Part shown: positions 1 to 8,291 of the stretch, one piece after another
Layout of the letters: each line of letters begins with the position of its first letter
Position numbering within the stretch: position 1 is the first letter of the stretch
Assembly (NCBI GenBank): GCA_964518725.1
Contig: CAZFKP010000015.1
Location: 1,450-65,449, forward strand
Length of the DNA stretch: 64,000 nucleotides
Source: an uncultured Rickettsiales bacterium
GTDB taxonomy: Bacteria > Pseudomonadota > Alphaproteobacteria > Rickettsiales > SXRF01
Reading direction: 5' to 3'
Program-made: the position numbers and the translations under genes
Notes under the pieces: model-generated
Seen by the model: only the letters and a program-made list of their open reading frames with translations
The model's database searches: none
Told to the model about the DNA's origin: nothing

Positions 1-278
1 CATATTGCTCTTCCCTATGAATGCCGAAGACTTTATTACATTAATAATGTGGTAGCCAGGCACTATTAATATATGTTTATACATACTTTTCAATAGTATA
101 AAAATTTATCTAAAATGCAATCTAAATACAATACAAAAGCTATTGAAAAATATGAAGAAAAATGCATTTTCTTGTTGCATGTTTTTTTTAGTTGGGGTAT
201 AACTTAACTTAGCTGATGCATTCAGCGTAAACCGGTGCCAGGAGGGAATCCAGCACCTTACTCTTAAGGAGAACGACC

Positions 279-446
279 ATGAAAACACTTGTAAAACTTT
301 TTAAAGACGAAAACGGTGCAACTGCAATTGAATACGGCCTGATTGCCGCCCTGATCTCGGTGGCTGCGATTGGCGCTATGACCGCTCTGGGCACCCAGCT
401 GTCAACCACCTTCGGTGATATCACCGGTAGCCTGGCTGCTGTATAA
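279..446 (+). CDS. flp: Flp/Fap-family type IVb pilin precursor (55 aa, below the ORF-track size cut-off)
   Basis: ATG at 279 and TAA at 444-446. Translation MKTLVKLFKDENGATAIEYGLIAALISVAAIGAMTALGTQLSTTFGDITGSLAAV carries the Flp hallmark G-ATAIEYGLIAALI motif. An aaggag RBS lies just upstream and a strong terminator follows. Confidence 0.85.
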   Translation: MKTLVKLFKDENGATAIEYGLIAALISVAAIGAMTALGTQLSTTFGDITGSLAAV

Positions 447-465
447 TAGGTCAACCCCGGAAAAA

Positions 466-495
466 GGCCCGCTACTGCAGCGGGCCTTTTTTTTT
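466..495 (+). terminator. Rho-independent terminator after the first flp gene
   Basis: Perfect 8-bp stem ggcccgct/agcgggcc (466-473 and 479-486), 5-nt loop, then a run of nine T (487-495). Confidence 0.75.
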
Positions 496-508
496 AAAGG
501 CGTGTGTT

Positions 509-682
509 ATGGAACAGCATGTCTCATTATTACATGACGAACTTGGCTCCGCAGCCATTGAGTATGGATTACTGGTCGGCCTGATTGCCGTCGCATCCAT
601 CGCGGCACTCACCGCGTTTGGTGAACAGATTGCCGTCAATTATACCACCTTTACCGCCAGTATGGCAGACGCATCGTCGTAG
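509..682 (+). CDS. flp: Second Flp-family pilin precursor (57 aa, not in the ORF track)
   Basis: ATG at 509 and TAG at 680-682. Translation MEQHVSLLLHDELGSAAIEYGLLVGLIAVASIAALTAFGEQIAVNYTTFTASMADASS has the G-SAAIEYGLLVGLIA Flp motif. Confidence 0.75.
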   Translation: MEQHVSLLHDELGSAAIEYGLLVGLIAVASIAALTAFGEQIAVNYTTFTASMADASS

Positions 683-685
683 CGT

Positions 686-1642
686 CTATTTCTTCCCGAT
701 ATTCACCGAGAGTTCCAGCATCCGGTCAAGCGGTTTGCGCGCGCGCTGGATGAGGTCGTCCGAGAGTTCGATGCTCGGTGTGTCGTTTTTCAGGCACAAA
801 TAAATTTTTTCGAGGTTGTTCATTTTCATGTAGGGGCAGTTGTTGCAACTGATGCATGCCCCGCCTGAAATTCCCGGCACTTCATAGAAATGGCTGCCGG
901 TGCTGCGTTTTTTCATCTCGTGCAAGATGCCCGGCTCGGTGAGGACGATGAACGATTCGCCGGGACGCTCGGCCGTATAATGGATGAGCTTCGCGGTGGA
1001 GCCGATGAATTTCGCATGCCGCAGCAGATGTGCCGGGCATTCCGGATGCGCGATCACATGTGCCGCCTTGTGCCGCTCCATGAGTTTGACCAACTCTTCT
1101 TCCGAAAAACGCTCATGCACCATGCAGGTGCCGTTCCACAGCAGCATGGTGCGCCCGGTTTTTTTATTGAGATAATCGCCGAGATATTTATCCGGCGCGA
1201 AAATAATTTTCTGATCCTGCGGCAGGCTGTTGATAATTGTTTCAGCGTTACTTGAAGTCACGATGACATCCGACAGTGCCTTCACTTCCGCCGAGCAGTT
1301 GATGTAGGTGACAACCATATGATCCGGATGCGCTTTGCAGAACGCCGAGAACTCTTTCGGCGGGCAGGAATCTTCCAGCGAACAGCCGGCACTCATATCT
1401 GGTATCAGCACCTGCTTAGTGGGGTTTAGAATCTTCGCACCCTCGGCCATGAAGCGCACGCCGGAAAACACGATGACATCCGCCGTCGTCCCCGCCGCCT
1501 TGCGCGCAAGCTCCAGCGAGTCGCCGACAAAATCGGCGATGTCTTGAATATCATCGTCCTGGTAATAATGCGCGAGCAGGATCGCGTTTTTCTGTTGTTT
1601 CAGTGCCGCAATCTCGGCTTCGAAATCGATTCGCGGACTCAT
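686..1642 (-). CDS. nadA: Quinolinate synthase NadA
   Basis: 318-aa ORF. The N-terminus ...ILLAHYYQDDDIQDIADFVGDSLELAR... and the Cys-containing C-terminal part are typical of NadA. Its start overlaps the gpsA stop (1639-1642). Confidence 0.93.
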   Translation of the reverse strand: MSPRIDFEAEIAALKQQKNAILLAHYYQDDDIQDIADFVGDSLELARKAAGTTADVIVFSGVRFMAEGAKILNPTKQVLIPDMSAGCSLEDSCPPKEFSAFCKAHPDHMVVTYINCSAEVKALSDVIVTSSNAETIINSLPQDQKIIFAPDKYLGDYLNKKTGRTMLLWNGTCMVHERFSEEELVKLMERHKAAHVIAHPECPAHLLRHAKFIGSTAKLIHYTAERPGESFIVLTEPGILHEMKKRSTGSHFYEVPGISGGACISCNNCPYMKMNNLEKIYLCLKNDTPSIELSDDLIQRARKPLDRMLELSVNIGKK

Positions 1643-2646
1643 AGGCCTTCCACCGAAAATGGCCGTTCCAGCAGGGATTTCATGACCTCATCCACTGATT
1701 CGTCTTCATACAGCACCCGGTAAACCGCCTGGCAGATTGGCATCTGCACCTCGTATTTCCGCGCCATTTTCATCACCGATTCAGCGGCGAGCACGCCCTC
1801 GGTGGCGCTGCGACCGCGTGCTTCCAGTACTTCCTTGACCGGTTTACCTTTACCGACGGCCACCCCAAACGACATGTTGCGCGACTTGGTGGAGCCGCAG
1901 GTGAGCAGCAGATCGCCAAGCCCGGAAAGCCCCATCAGCGTTTCGTAGCGCCCGCCGCGCGCGAGCGCCAGCCGCGCCATTTCCGCAAACCCTCGGGTGA
2001 CGATGGCGGCCTGGGCATTTTCCCCCAACCCGCGCCCGTGGGCGATGCCGCAGGCAATGGCGATGACGTTTTTGATCGCCCCGCCAATCTGTGTGCCGAT
2101 CACGTCGTCGGTGAGGTAGGGGCGGAACAGCTTGCCGCCGACCGCATAGGTGAGCAGCTCCCACTGGCTCTTATCCTCGCAGGCGATGGTGGTCGCCGTT
2201 GGTAGCCCCCGCGCCGCCTCATCGGCGAAATTGGGGCCGGAAACAATCGCAATCGGGTTGCCCGGCAGCACCGAACGCACCACCTCGCTCATGAGCATGA
2301 GGCTGCCGCGCTCAATGCCCTTGCTCGCAATCAACAGCGGCGTTTCCGCGCTCAACTGGTCAGAAATGGCGATGGACACCGAGCGCACGTAATTGGTCGG
2401 CGTGGCAATCACCACCACGTCGGAATCGCAGACTTCCTTGGGCGTGGAGACCACGGTGATTTCCGGGGAAATATAAATACCCGGCAGGTAGATGTCGTTT
2501 ATGCGGTGGTCGGAAATAAGCTGTATCACGTTGCTGTTGCGCGTGTAGAGCTTGACCAGGCTGCCCGCCCGGTTGGCCAGGATGGCAAGTGCCGTCCCCC
2601 ACGCGCCGCCGCCAATGACGCCGACTTTATAGGCGTTGACGCTCAT
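1639..2646 (-). CDS. gpsA: NAD(P)H-dependent glycerol-3-phosphate dehydrogenase
   Basis: 335 aa. It has the N-terminal Rossmann motif VGVIGGGAWGTALA and GpsA-like length and layout. Confidence 0.93.
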   Translation of the reverse strand: MSVNAYKVGVIGGGAWGTALAILANRAGSLVKLYTRNSNVIQLISDHRINDIYLPGIYISPEITVVSTPKEVCDSDVVVIATPTNYVRSVSIAISDQLSAETPLLIASKGIERGSLMLMSEVVRSVLPGNPIAIVSGPNFADEAARGLPTATTIACEDKSQWELLTYAVGGKLFRPYLTDDVIGTQIGGAIKNVIAIACGIAHGRGLGENAQAAIVTRGFAEMARLALARGGRYETLMGLSGLGDLLLTCGSTKSRNMSFGVAVGKGKPVKEVLEARGRSATEGVLAAESVMKMARKYEVQMPICQAVYRVLYEDESVDEVMKSLLERPFSVEGL

Positions 2647-3405
2647 TTATTTACCGGGCAAGCGCGCTTCATTGAAGACGCAGATCACATCTCCCCCGTG
2701 GCGCAGGGTGAATTTGCTGGCAACACGCTCAACCACGATGAAATCGCCGCGTGTGCGGTAGTTGACCAGCGATTCGTTGCCTTTGTCATCGACCCAGAAG
2801 AAGGCCGGAACCTCGGCGTTTTTATCGCGGAACTGGAAGTAGGTGAACTCGCCATCGTCAAAGATGCGGATCGGCGCGGTGGTCTCTGGCCCTGCGATCG
2901 TGTAATTGAAGTTGTACTTCTCCGGATGTTCTTTGATATCGAGGACAGGAACCGCATCCAGCCCGCCGCCGGCCAGCGATTGCAGCTCGTCGCTATCCTG
3001 GTAGATAAAGCGCATAATGAACGTCATGTCCGGGTCGTTGATATCGTCGGTATCACGCGCATGCAGCTCGAACAGGTAGGTGTGCCTGTTGGTAATCAGC
3101 GTCATGTTGGTGGTCGCATCCTGCTCGATGGGCTTGAGGAACAGGCGGTTGCCGGTCGGGTTCATCATCCACGCCGTCGAGTCCCCCATCGAAATAGTTT
3201 GGATCGTCTCATCTTTGCCGAATTCAATCGAGGTCTGGTAGCGGTAATGGCCGGTGAATTTATAGACCTCGTCCGGCTGGTAAATCACCGTGCGTACCCG
3301 GTGGTCGGTTTTGATCGAGCGTGGCTCGCGCACCGCCCACGCCTCAGCGGAAAACAGCACGCAAGCGGCGGTGATGGTCATGGTGGCGAGGCGAAAAAAC
3401 GTCAT
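2647..3405 (-). CDS. virB9: VirB9/TrbG/CagX-family type IV secretion outer-membrane core protein
   Basis: 252 aa with a signal peptide. The N-domain ...VIYQPDEVYKFTGHYRYQTSIEFGKDETIQTISMGDSTAWMMNPTGNRLFLKP...TNMTLITNRHTYLFEL and the C-domain ...FTYFQFRDKNAEVPAFFWVDDKGNESLVNYR match the VirB9 pattern. Confidence 0.82.
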   Translation of the reverse strand: MTFFRLATMTITAACVLFSAEAWAVREPRSIKTDHRVRTVIYQPDEVYKFTGHYRYQTSIEFGKDETIQTISMGDSTAWMMNPTGNRLFLKPIEQDATTNMTLITNRHTYLFELHARDTDDINDPDMTFIMRFIYQDSDELQSLAGGGLDAVPVLDIKEHPEKYNFNYTIAGPETTAPIRIFDDGEFTYFQFRDKNAEVPAFFWVDDKGNESLVNYRTRGDFIVVERVASKFTLRHGGDVICVFNEARLPGK

Positions 3406-4121
3406 GGCGTGTCCTGAATTTTGCTGCTGTAGCGGGTGACAGTAAACGATACGGGATTCACCATACCAGTTTTTTTATCGATTTCAACGCCGCTGTAATC
3501 ATAGCTGATCGTGGCCTTATGGCGGCTCCTGCTCGACCCTTCCGCGCTGATCAGGGTTGCATCATACACCACCTCCACCGTATTGGCGGGTGACAGTAGC
3601 CGCTGCACCGATACCGGATCAATGATGCGCGCCGTGTGGCGCTGGTATTTCACCACCGGGCTATCCGGGTTGCCAGTCTGGATCATCCGCTGGTAGCCGG
3701 CGAACACTTCCGGCGTGGCATGGTGCTCGATGCCGCCGTAATTCCGTTCCAGCAGGTTGATGTTGTAGCCTTCGTAATGCGCGACGAATGTCTTGGCCAT
3801 GAAGAACAGCACGGCCTCATCGGTCGTCTGCTGATAGCTGCTCCGCAGCGGCGTGATGCTCGGCAGATCTTCCAGCACATCATTCAGCGCGTAGATAAAC
3901 GGCACCGGCCGCTTGAGCGGGTACAGCTCGCGCACCGCCATGACCGAGAACATCAGCGTCAGCAAGGCGACGGTGGTGACGAACACATAAAAATAGCGCT
4001 CGGACATCGGGTCGTTCACCGAGACGTCATACATGCTTTTTGCCTCGCGGAAATATTCCCCACTGCGTACTTTTTCCGCGATCTGGATATAATCATCCGG
4101 TGTGGGTTCTTTATATTTCAT
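3402..4121 (-). CDS. virB8: VirB8-family type IV secretion inner-membrane protein
   Basis: 239 aa. It has a cytoplasmic N-terminus, one TM helix (YFYVFVTTVALLTLMFSVMAV) and a periplasmic NTF2-like region of VirB8 length. Its stop overlaps the virB9 start (ATGA at 3402-3405). Confidence 0.75.
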   Translation of the reverse strand: MKYKEPTPDDYIQIAEKVRSGEYFREAKSMYDVSVNDPMSERYFYVFVTTVALLTLMFSVMAVRELYPLKRPVPFIYALNDVLEDLPSITPLRSSYQQTTDEAVLFFMAKTFVAHYEGYNINLLERNYGGIEHHATPEVFAGYQRMIQTGNPDSPVVKYQRHTARIIDPVSVQRLLSPANTVEVVYDATLISAEGSSRSRHKATISYDYSGVEIDKKTGMVNPVSFTVTRYSSKIQDTP

Positions 4122-4136
4122 AAAGCCGTTTTATTA

Positions 4137-4239
4137 TCATTGTCATCGCGAGCGAAGCGCGGCGATCCATCTTTCTTGCACGCGGTGGGATGCGAAGATG
4201 GATTGCCACGGAGACGTTGCCTCCTCGCAATGACGTAAT
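4137..4239. repeat. Nested-palindrome repeat element, copy A (intergenic)
   Basis: The termini catt-gtcatcgcgag... and ...ctcgcaatgacgtaatg are inverted repeats. The inner inverted repeat is gcgatccatc / gatggattgc. It is the same family as copies at 7234-7325 and 63858-63951, and is flanked by TTATTAT(CAT) direct repeats (4131-4140 and 4243-4252). Confidence 0.7.
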
Positions 4240-4305
4240 GCGTTATTATCATGCTTGTCATCGTACCATTTTTCATGGAATATCACTAGCATGGAAAAGT
4301 TAACC

Positions 4306-4437
4306 ATGGATGAATATATGTTGGTTGTCTGGGCTGCCTACGCCGTCGCCTTCCTGGTGCTGGGCGGCTGCACCTGGGTGAGCCTGCGCGGCTTGCGCGG
4401 TGCACAGCGCGTCCTATCCGCACTCGAACGCCAGTGA
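4306..4437 (+). CDS. ccmD: Heme exporter protein CcmD
   Basis: Small single-TM protein MDEYMLVVWAAYAVAFLVLGGCTWVSLRGLRGAQRVLSALERQ placed directly before ccmE. Alternative in-frame starts are at 4291 and 4255. Confidence 0.75.
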   Translation: MDEYMLVVWAAYAVAFLVLGGCTWVSLRGLRGAQRVLSALERQ

Positions 4438-4444
4438 TGCCGCC

Positions 4445-4885
4445 ATGAAGCCCAAACACCAGCGGCTCGTATTCGTGGTGGCAAGCGTTGCCTGCCTGTG
4501 CGCGGCGGTGTTGCTGACCATGCGTGCTTTTAAAGAAAACCTGGTCTATTTTTTCAGCCCAAGCGACATTGTTGCCATGCCGCCGAAGCCTGGCCAGGTG
4601 ATCCGTATTGGCGGGCTGGTAAAAACCGAAAGCCTCGAACATCTGCCGGGCAACCGGGTGGCATTCATCGTCACCGACGGGAAGGCCGAAATCGCTGTCG
4701 CCTATCAGGGCGCGCTGCCGGCGCTGTTCCGCGAGGGGCAAGGCGTTGTAGCAGAGGGAAAATTGCAGGATGGCGGTTTTTCCGCTACAACTATTCTTGC
4801 CAAGCACGATGAGAATTACATGCCAAAGGAAGTAGTGGACGCGCTCAAAAAGTCCGGGCACTGGGAAGGGCAGGATGCTCGCTGA
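4445..4885 (+). CDS. ccmE: Cytochrome c-type biogenesis heme chaperone CcmE
   Basis: MKPKHQRLVFVV... membrane anchor, OB-fold body and the heme-binding HDENY (HxxxY) motif. The ORF-track start at 4400 is a 5' extension. Confidence 0.93.
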   Translation: MKPKHQRLVFVVASVACLCAAVLLTMRAFKENLVYFFSPSDIVAMPPKPGQVIRIGGLVKTESLEHLPGNRVAFIVTDGKAEIAVAYQGALPALFREGQGVVAEGKLQDGGFSATTILAKHDENYMPKEVVDALKKSGHWEGQDAR

Positions 4886-6728
4886 AATCGCAGTATTCGC
4901 GTTGGCGCTGGCGCTTGCCCTGTCGCTCATCGGCGCTGGCTCGCTGGTTTCCGCCCGCCTGCACACGCTGCTGCAAGGCAGCGCACTGGTCGGCGCCCTG
5001 CTAGTGTTTGTGGCGTTCGTGATCCTGATTATCCTCCGGCTTGATTCCGATTTTACAGTCGCCAACGTTGCCGAACATTCCAACCACACCCTCCCCCTGC
5101 TCTACAAAGTCGCCGGAACATGGGGCAATCATGAAGGTTCCATGCTGCTGTGGGCGCTGGTAGTGTGCGGCTTCGGCGCGATCCTCTCCGCCCGCCACCC
5201 GCTGGCCGCCGCTGTGCAATCGCTGTTGGCTGCCGGGGTGCTGCTGTTTATCCTCGCCACCTCAAACCCGTTCGCCCGCATTTTCCCACCACCGCCTGAT
5301 GGCAGCATGCTGAACCCGTTGCTGCAGGATGTGGCGCTCGCCATGCACCCGCCGCTGCTGTATCTCGGCTATGTCGGGTTCTCGGCAGTGTTTTCACTGG
5401 CGGTCGCCGGGTTGATCACGAGGCAGATTGATGCGCGCTGGGCCACAACCGCCCAGCCATGGATCATGGCGGCGTGGGCATCACTCACCTGCGGCATTGC
5501 GCTTGGTAGCTGGTGGGCGTACCGCGAACTCGGCTGGGGCGGGTTCTGGTTCTGGGATCCGGTGGAAAACGCCTCGCTCCTGCCATGGCTTGCCGCCACG
5601 GCGCTGCTGCATTCCAACGTGGTGCTGAAAAAACGCGGCGCGCTGGCCGGGTGGGTGGCGTTGCTTGCCATCATCACCTTCGGACTCAGCCTTGTCAGCA
5701 CCTTCCTCGTGCGTAGTGGTGCCATCACCTCGGTGCACAGCTTTGCCAGCGATCCGGAGCGCGGGTTGTTTATCCTCGCCTACATCGCGCTGGTGGTGGG
5801 CGGCGCGCTGTGGCTCTATGCCGCGCATGTCCGCAGCCTGCCGCCGACCGCGCCGATGCGTCCCGCTTCCCGTGAAGGGGTGATCGTCATCAATAATTTG
5901 TTCCTGCTCACGGCCTGCGCCACGGTGTTGCTCGGCACCATTTACCCGATGCTCGCCGAAGCGATCGGTGGTGGCAGTGTCAGCGTCGGTGCACCGTTTT
6001 ACCATCGAACCTTCCTGCCGTTGATGGCACTGCCATTGTTTTTTGCTGGGCTAGCCCCTTTTCTGCCGTGGAAAAAAGCGGCGCCCCTTTCTGCCCTTCG
6101 CCGTGCATGGCCGGGGCTTGCAGCAGCCTGCGCCGCCGCCACGGTTGTCATGGCCACGATCCATACTGAAGCGGTGCTCGCCGCTGCGAGCCTCGCCCTT
6201 GCCGGATTCATGATGGTGGCAAGCGCGCAGTGGCTGGCCGCCGGGAAGTGGCGCCTGCCTGCAAACTGGCCGGTGTTCCTTGGGCATAGCGGCGCGGCAC
6301 TACTGGTGATCGGCATCACCGGCGCTGGGTTGTGGGGAACACAGGTGGAGCGGAATGTAAACATGGGCGATACGCTCTCTATTGCTGGCTATGACGTGAA
6401 TGTGGTGCGGCTCGGCACCATCCACACACCGAATTATGATGCCACCCAGGTGACGCTCGATGTCACCCGCGCCGGCCACACCATCACCCAACTGCAACCG
6501 GAAGCGCGCCGCTACGGCATCCGCGACACCACCACCAGCGAAGCGGAAATTTATTCCACCGCCGCCTATGATTTGTACGCGGTGGTCGGTGCCGCAACCA
6601 GCGAAGGCGAAGTGGCGCTGCGGCTCTATCATAAACCTGCAGTGAGCTTCTTATGGCTCGGGGCAGCGTTCATCACGGCCGGGGGCATCCTGTCGGCGTG
6701 GCTTGCCGGACGGAGGAAATACCCATGA
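4875..6728 (+). CDS. ccmF: Cytochrome c heme lyase subunit CcmF
   Basis: 617-aa polytopic membrane protein with the WWD motif WGGFWFWDPVEN. Confidence 0.95.
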   Translation: MLAEIAVFALALALALSLIGAGSLVSARLHTLLQGSALVGALLVFVAFVILIILRLDSDFTVANVAEHSNHTLPLLYKVAGTWGNHEGSMLLWALVVCGFGAILSARHPLAAAVQSLLAAGVLLFILATSNPFARIFPPPPDGSMLNPLLQDVALAMHPPLLYLGYVGFSAVFSLAVAGLITRQIDARWATTAQPWIMAAWASLTCGIALGSWWAYRELGWGGFWFWDPVENASLLPWLAATALLHSNVVLKKRGALAGWVALLAIITFGLSLVSTFLVRSGAITSVHSFASDPERGLFILAYIALVVGGALWLYAAHVRSLPPTAPMRPASREGVIVINNLFLLTACATVLLGTIYPMLAEAIGGGSVSVGAPFYHRTFLPLMALPLFFAGLAPFLPWKKAAPLSALRRAWPGLAAACAAATVVMATIHTEAVLAAASLALAGFMMVASAQWLAAGKWRLPANWPVFLGHSGAALLVIGITGAGLWGTQVERNVNMGDTLSIAGYDVNVVRLGTIHTPNYDATQVTLDVTRAGHTITQLQPEARRYGIRDTTTSEAEIYSTAAYDLYAVVGAATSEGEVALRLYHKPAVSFLWLGAAFITAGGILSAWLAGRRKYP

Positions 6729-7222
6729 AATTCGCACCGCTTATCGCCTTGTTCCTGATCTGCGCGCTGCTCGCCTATGGGCTGGTCGGCAAGAGCAGTA
6801 CCCCAACCCCATCGCCGCTTATCGGCAAGCCGCTGCCGGCCTTCACGGTCGGCGACCGGAACCTCGACGACCTGCTCGACGGACACACGGTGGTGCTGAA
6901 TGTCTTTGCCAGTTGGTGCGCCCCCTGCGCGCTCGAACATCCGCAATTGATGACGCTAAAAGCGCAGGTGCCGATCATCGGCATCGCCTGGAAAAACAAG
7001 CCGGGCGAAGTCACCGCATGGCTTACACGGCACGGCAACCCGTATGCCTCGCTGCTGATGGATGAGATCGGAGAGTCGACCATGCCGCTTGGGCTAACCG
7101 GCGTCCCGGAAACATTCGTCATCGCCCCGGACGGAATTGTCGCCTACCATACGGCGCAGCCAATTACCGCTGAATTGTTGGCAAGCGATATCCTGCCGCT
7201 GATTGAAAGGCTGGAGCCATGA
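6725..7222 (+). CDS. ccmG: Thiol:disulfide interchange protein CcmG/DsbE
   Basis: MKFAPLIALFLICALL anchor, thioredoxin fold with the WCAPC active site and the GVPETF motif. The start overlaps the ccmF stop. Confidence 0.9.
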   Translation: MKFAPLIALFLICALLAYGLVGKSSTPTPSPLIGKPLPAFTVGDRNLDDLLDGHTVVLNVFASWCAPCALEHPQLMTLKAQVPIIGIAWKNKPGEVTAWLTRHGNPYASLLMDEIGESTMPLGLTGVPETFVIAPDGIVAYHTAQPITAELLASDILPLIERLEP

Positions 7223-7683
7223 AATACAATCCCGTCATTGCGAGCGTAGCGCGGCAATCCATTTTTGCCTTCTCCGGCGTGAAAAGAGGATGGATCGCCG
7301 CGTCGCTGGCACTCCTCGCGATGACATTTTTCTCAACGCCCGCTGCCGCGCTCACCATCGACCAGCCGCTTCCCAACCCGGCGCAGGAAACCCGCGCCCG
7401 CGCGCTGTTCCAGGAGCTGCGCTGTGTCGTCTGCCAGGGCGAGAGCGTGGCCGATTCCCCGGCGGATGTCGCCGCCGATATGCGCCGCGCCGTGCGGCAG
7501 GCGGTCGCCCGGGGAGAAACCGACGAGACCATAAAACAAACGTTTGTGGCGCATTACGGGGAACGGGTGCTGATGCTGCCTAGCTTCCGCGAAGGCAATC
7601 TGCCGCTCTGGCTTGCGCCACTCGTATGCCTGCTGGTGGGGGGTGTGTTTGCATGGCGCCGCCTGTTTGGGAGGCAGTCATGA
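7219..7683 (+). CDS. ccmH: Cytochrome c-type biogenesis protein CcmH
   Basis: LRCVVCQGESVADS (LRCxxCQ) motif and a C-terminal TM helix. The ATG at 7219 overlaps the ccmG stop (ATGA) and follows a ggag RBS. Codons 6-36 are encoded by repeat copy B. Confidence 0.85.
   Translation: MKYNPVIASVARQSIFAFSGVKRGWIAASLALLAMTFFSTPAAALTIDQPLPNPAQETRARALFQELRCVVCQGESVADSPADVAADMRRAVRQAVARGETDETIKQTFVAHYGERVLMLPSFREGNLPLWLAPLVCLLVGGVFAWRRLFGRQS
7234..7325. repeat. Nested-palindrome repeat element, copy B (inside the ccmH 5' coding region)
   Basis: gtcattgcgagcgtagcgcggcaatccat...ggatggatcgcc...ctcctcgcgatgac has the same terminal and inner inverted repeats as copies A and C. Confidence 0.7.
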
Positions 7684-8291
7684 TCCAGCTGGCCGCCGCG
7701 CTTGTCCTGCTCCTTCTGATAACACTGGCGCTGTTGCTGTTCCCGTTGCGGCACGAACGCAGGCTGTGCATCCTTGCTGCGCTGGCCGTTACATTCGTGG
7801 CGGGCGGGATGTATGCGCTGGTCGGCGCACCGCGTGTGGTGCCGCTGGTCGCACAATATCATGCGGAGGTTGCGGCGCTGGAAAAGAACATCCAGACCAC
7901 CCGTGCCCTGGTGCAGGCCAACCCAAAGAACCTTGAAGCATGGCTCACACTGTCGCAGGCGCTGATGGACAAAGGCGATTTCGCCGCCGCCAGCGAGGGA
8001 TTCAAGCAGGCGGTGCTGCTTTCCAAAGGCCACCCTCGGATTATCGCCGCCTATGCCGAAGCCCTCATCCTCCAGCAGGGCGGGATGGTGCCGCCGCAGG
8101 CCAAGAAGTCCATCGACATCGCGCTGATGATCGACCCGCAATTGCCGCTGGCGCGCTATTACAATGCGGTGTGGCTGCTGCAGGAAGGTCGCAACGACGA
8201 AGCCATGCAGGAAATGAAAGCGCTCTACCGCGAGCTGCCGGACGATTCAAACTTAAAGAAGCGGATGAAAGCGCAGATCGGCGCGAAGTGA
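7680..8291 (+). CDS. ccmI: CcmI/CycH-like TPR protein (short form)
   Basis: N-terminal TM helices followed by TPR-like repeats (...NPKNLEAWLTLSQALMDKGDFAAASEGFKQAV...). It sits last in the ccm operon and its ATG overlaps the ccmH stop. At 203 aa it is shorter than the CcmI proteins I recall. Confidence 0.6.
   Translation: MIQLAAALVLLLLITLALLLFPLRHERRLCILAALAVTFVAGGMYALVGAPRVVPLVAQYHAEVAALEKNIQTTRALVQANPKNLEAWLTLSQALMDKGDFAAASEGFKQAVLLSKGHPRIIAAYAEALILQQGGMVPPQAKKSIDIALMIDPQLPLARYYNAVWLLQEGRNDEAMQEMKALYRELPDDSNLKKRMKAQIGAK

Noticed and set aside
1-278. Possible divergent gene start (the window begins with cat, the complement of ATG) and regulatory signals in the AT-rich flp leader
   Set aside because: The window edge prevents any ORF assessment. 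I could not identify a defined promoter or operator motif with confidence.
2506-3417. 303-aa plus-strand ORF
   Set aside because: It is antisense to gpsA and virB9, which have clear family motifs. Its Arg/Ala/Gly-rich composition is typical of shadow frames in GC-rich DNA. The same reasoning applies to 890-1255, 3636-4238, 4286-5089, 5481-6005, 7554-8141 and similar ORFs.
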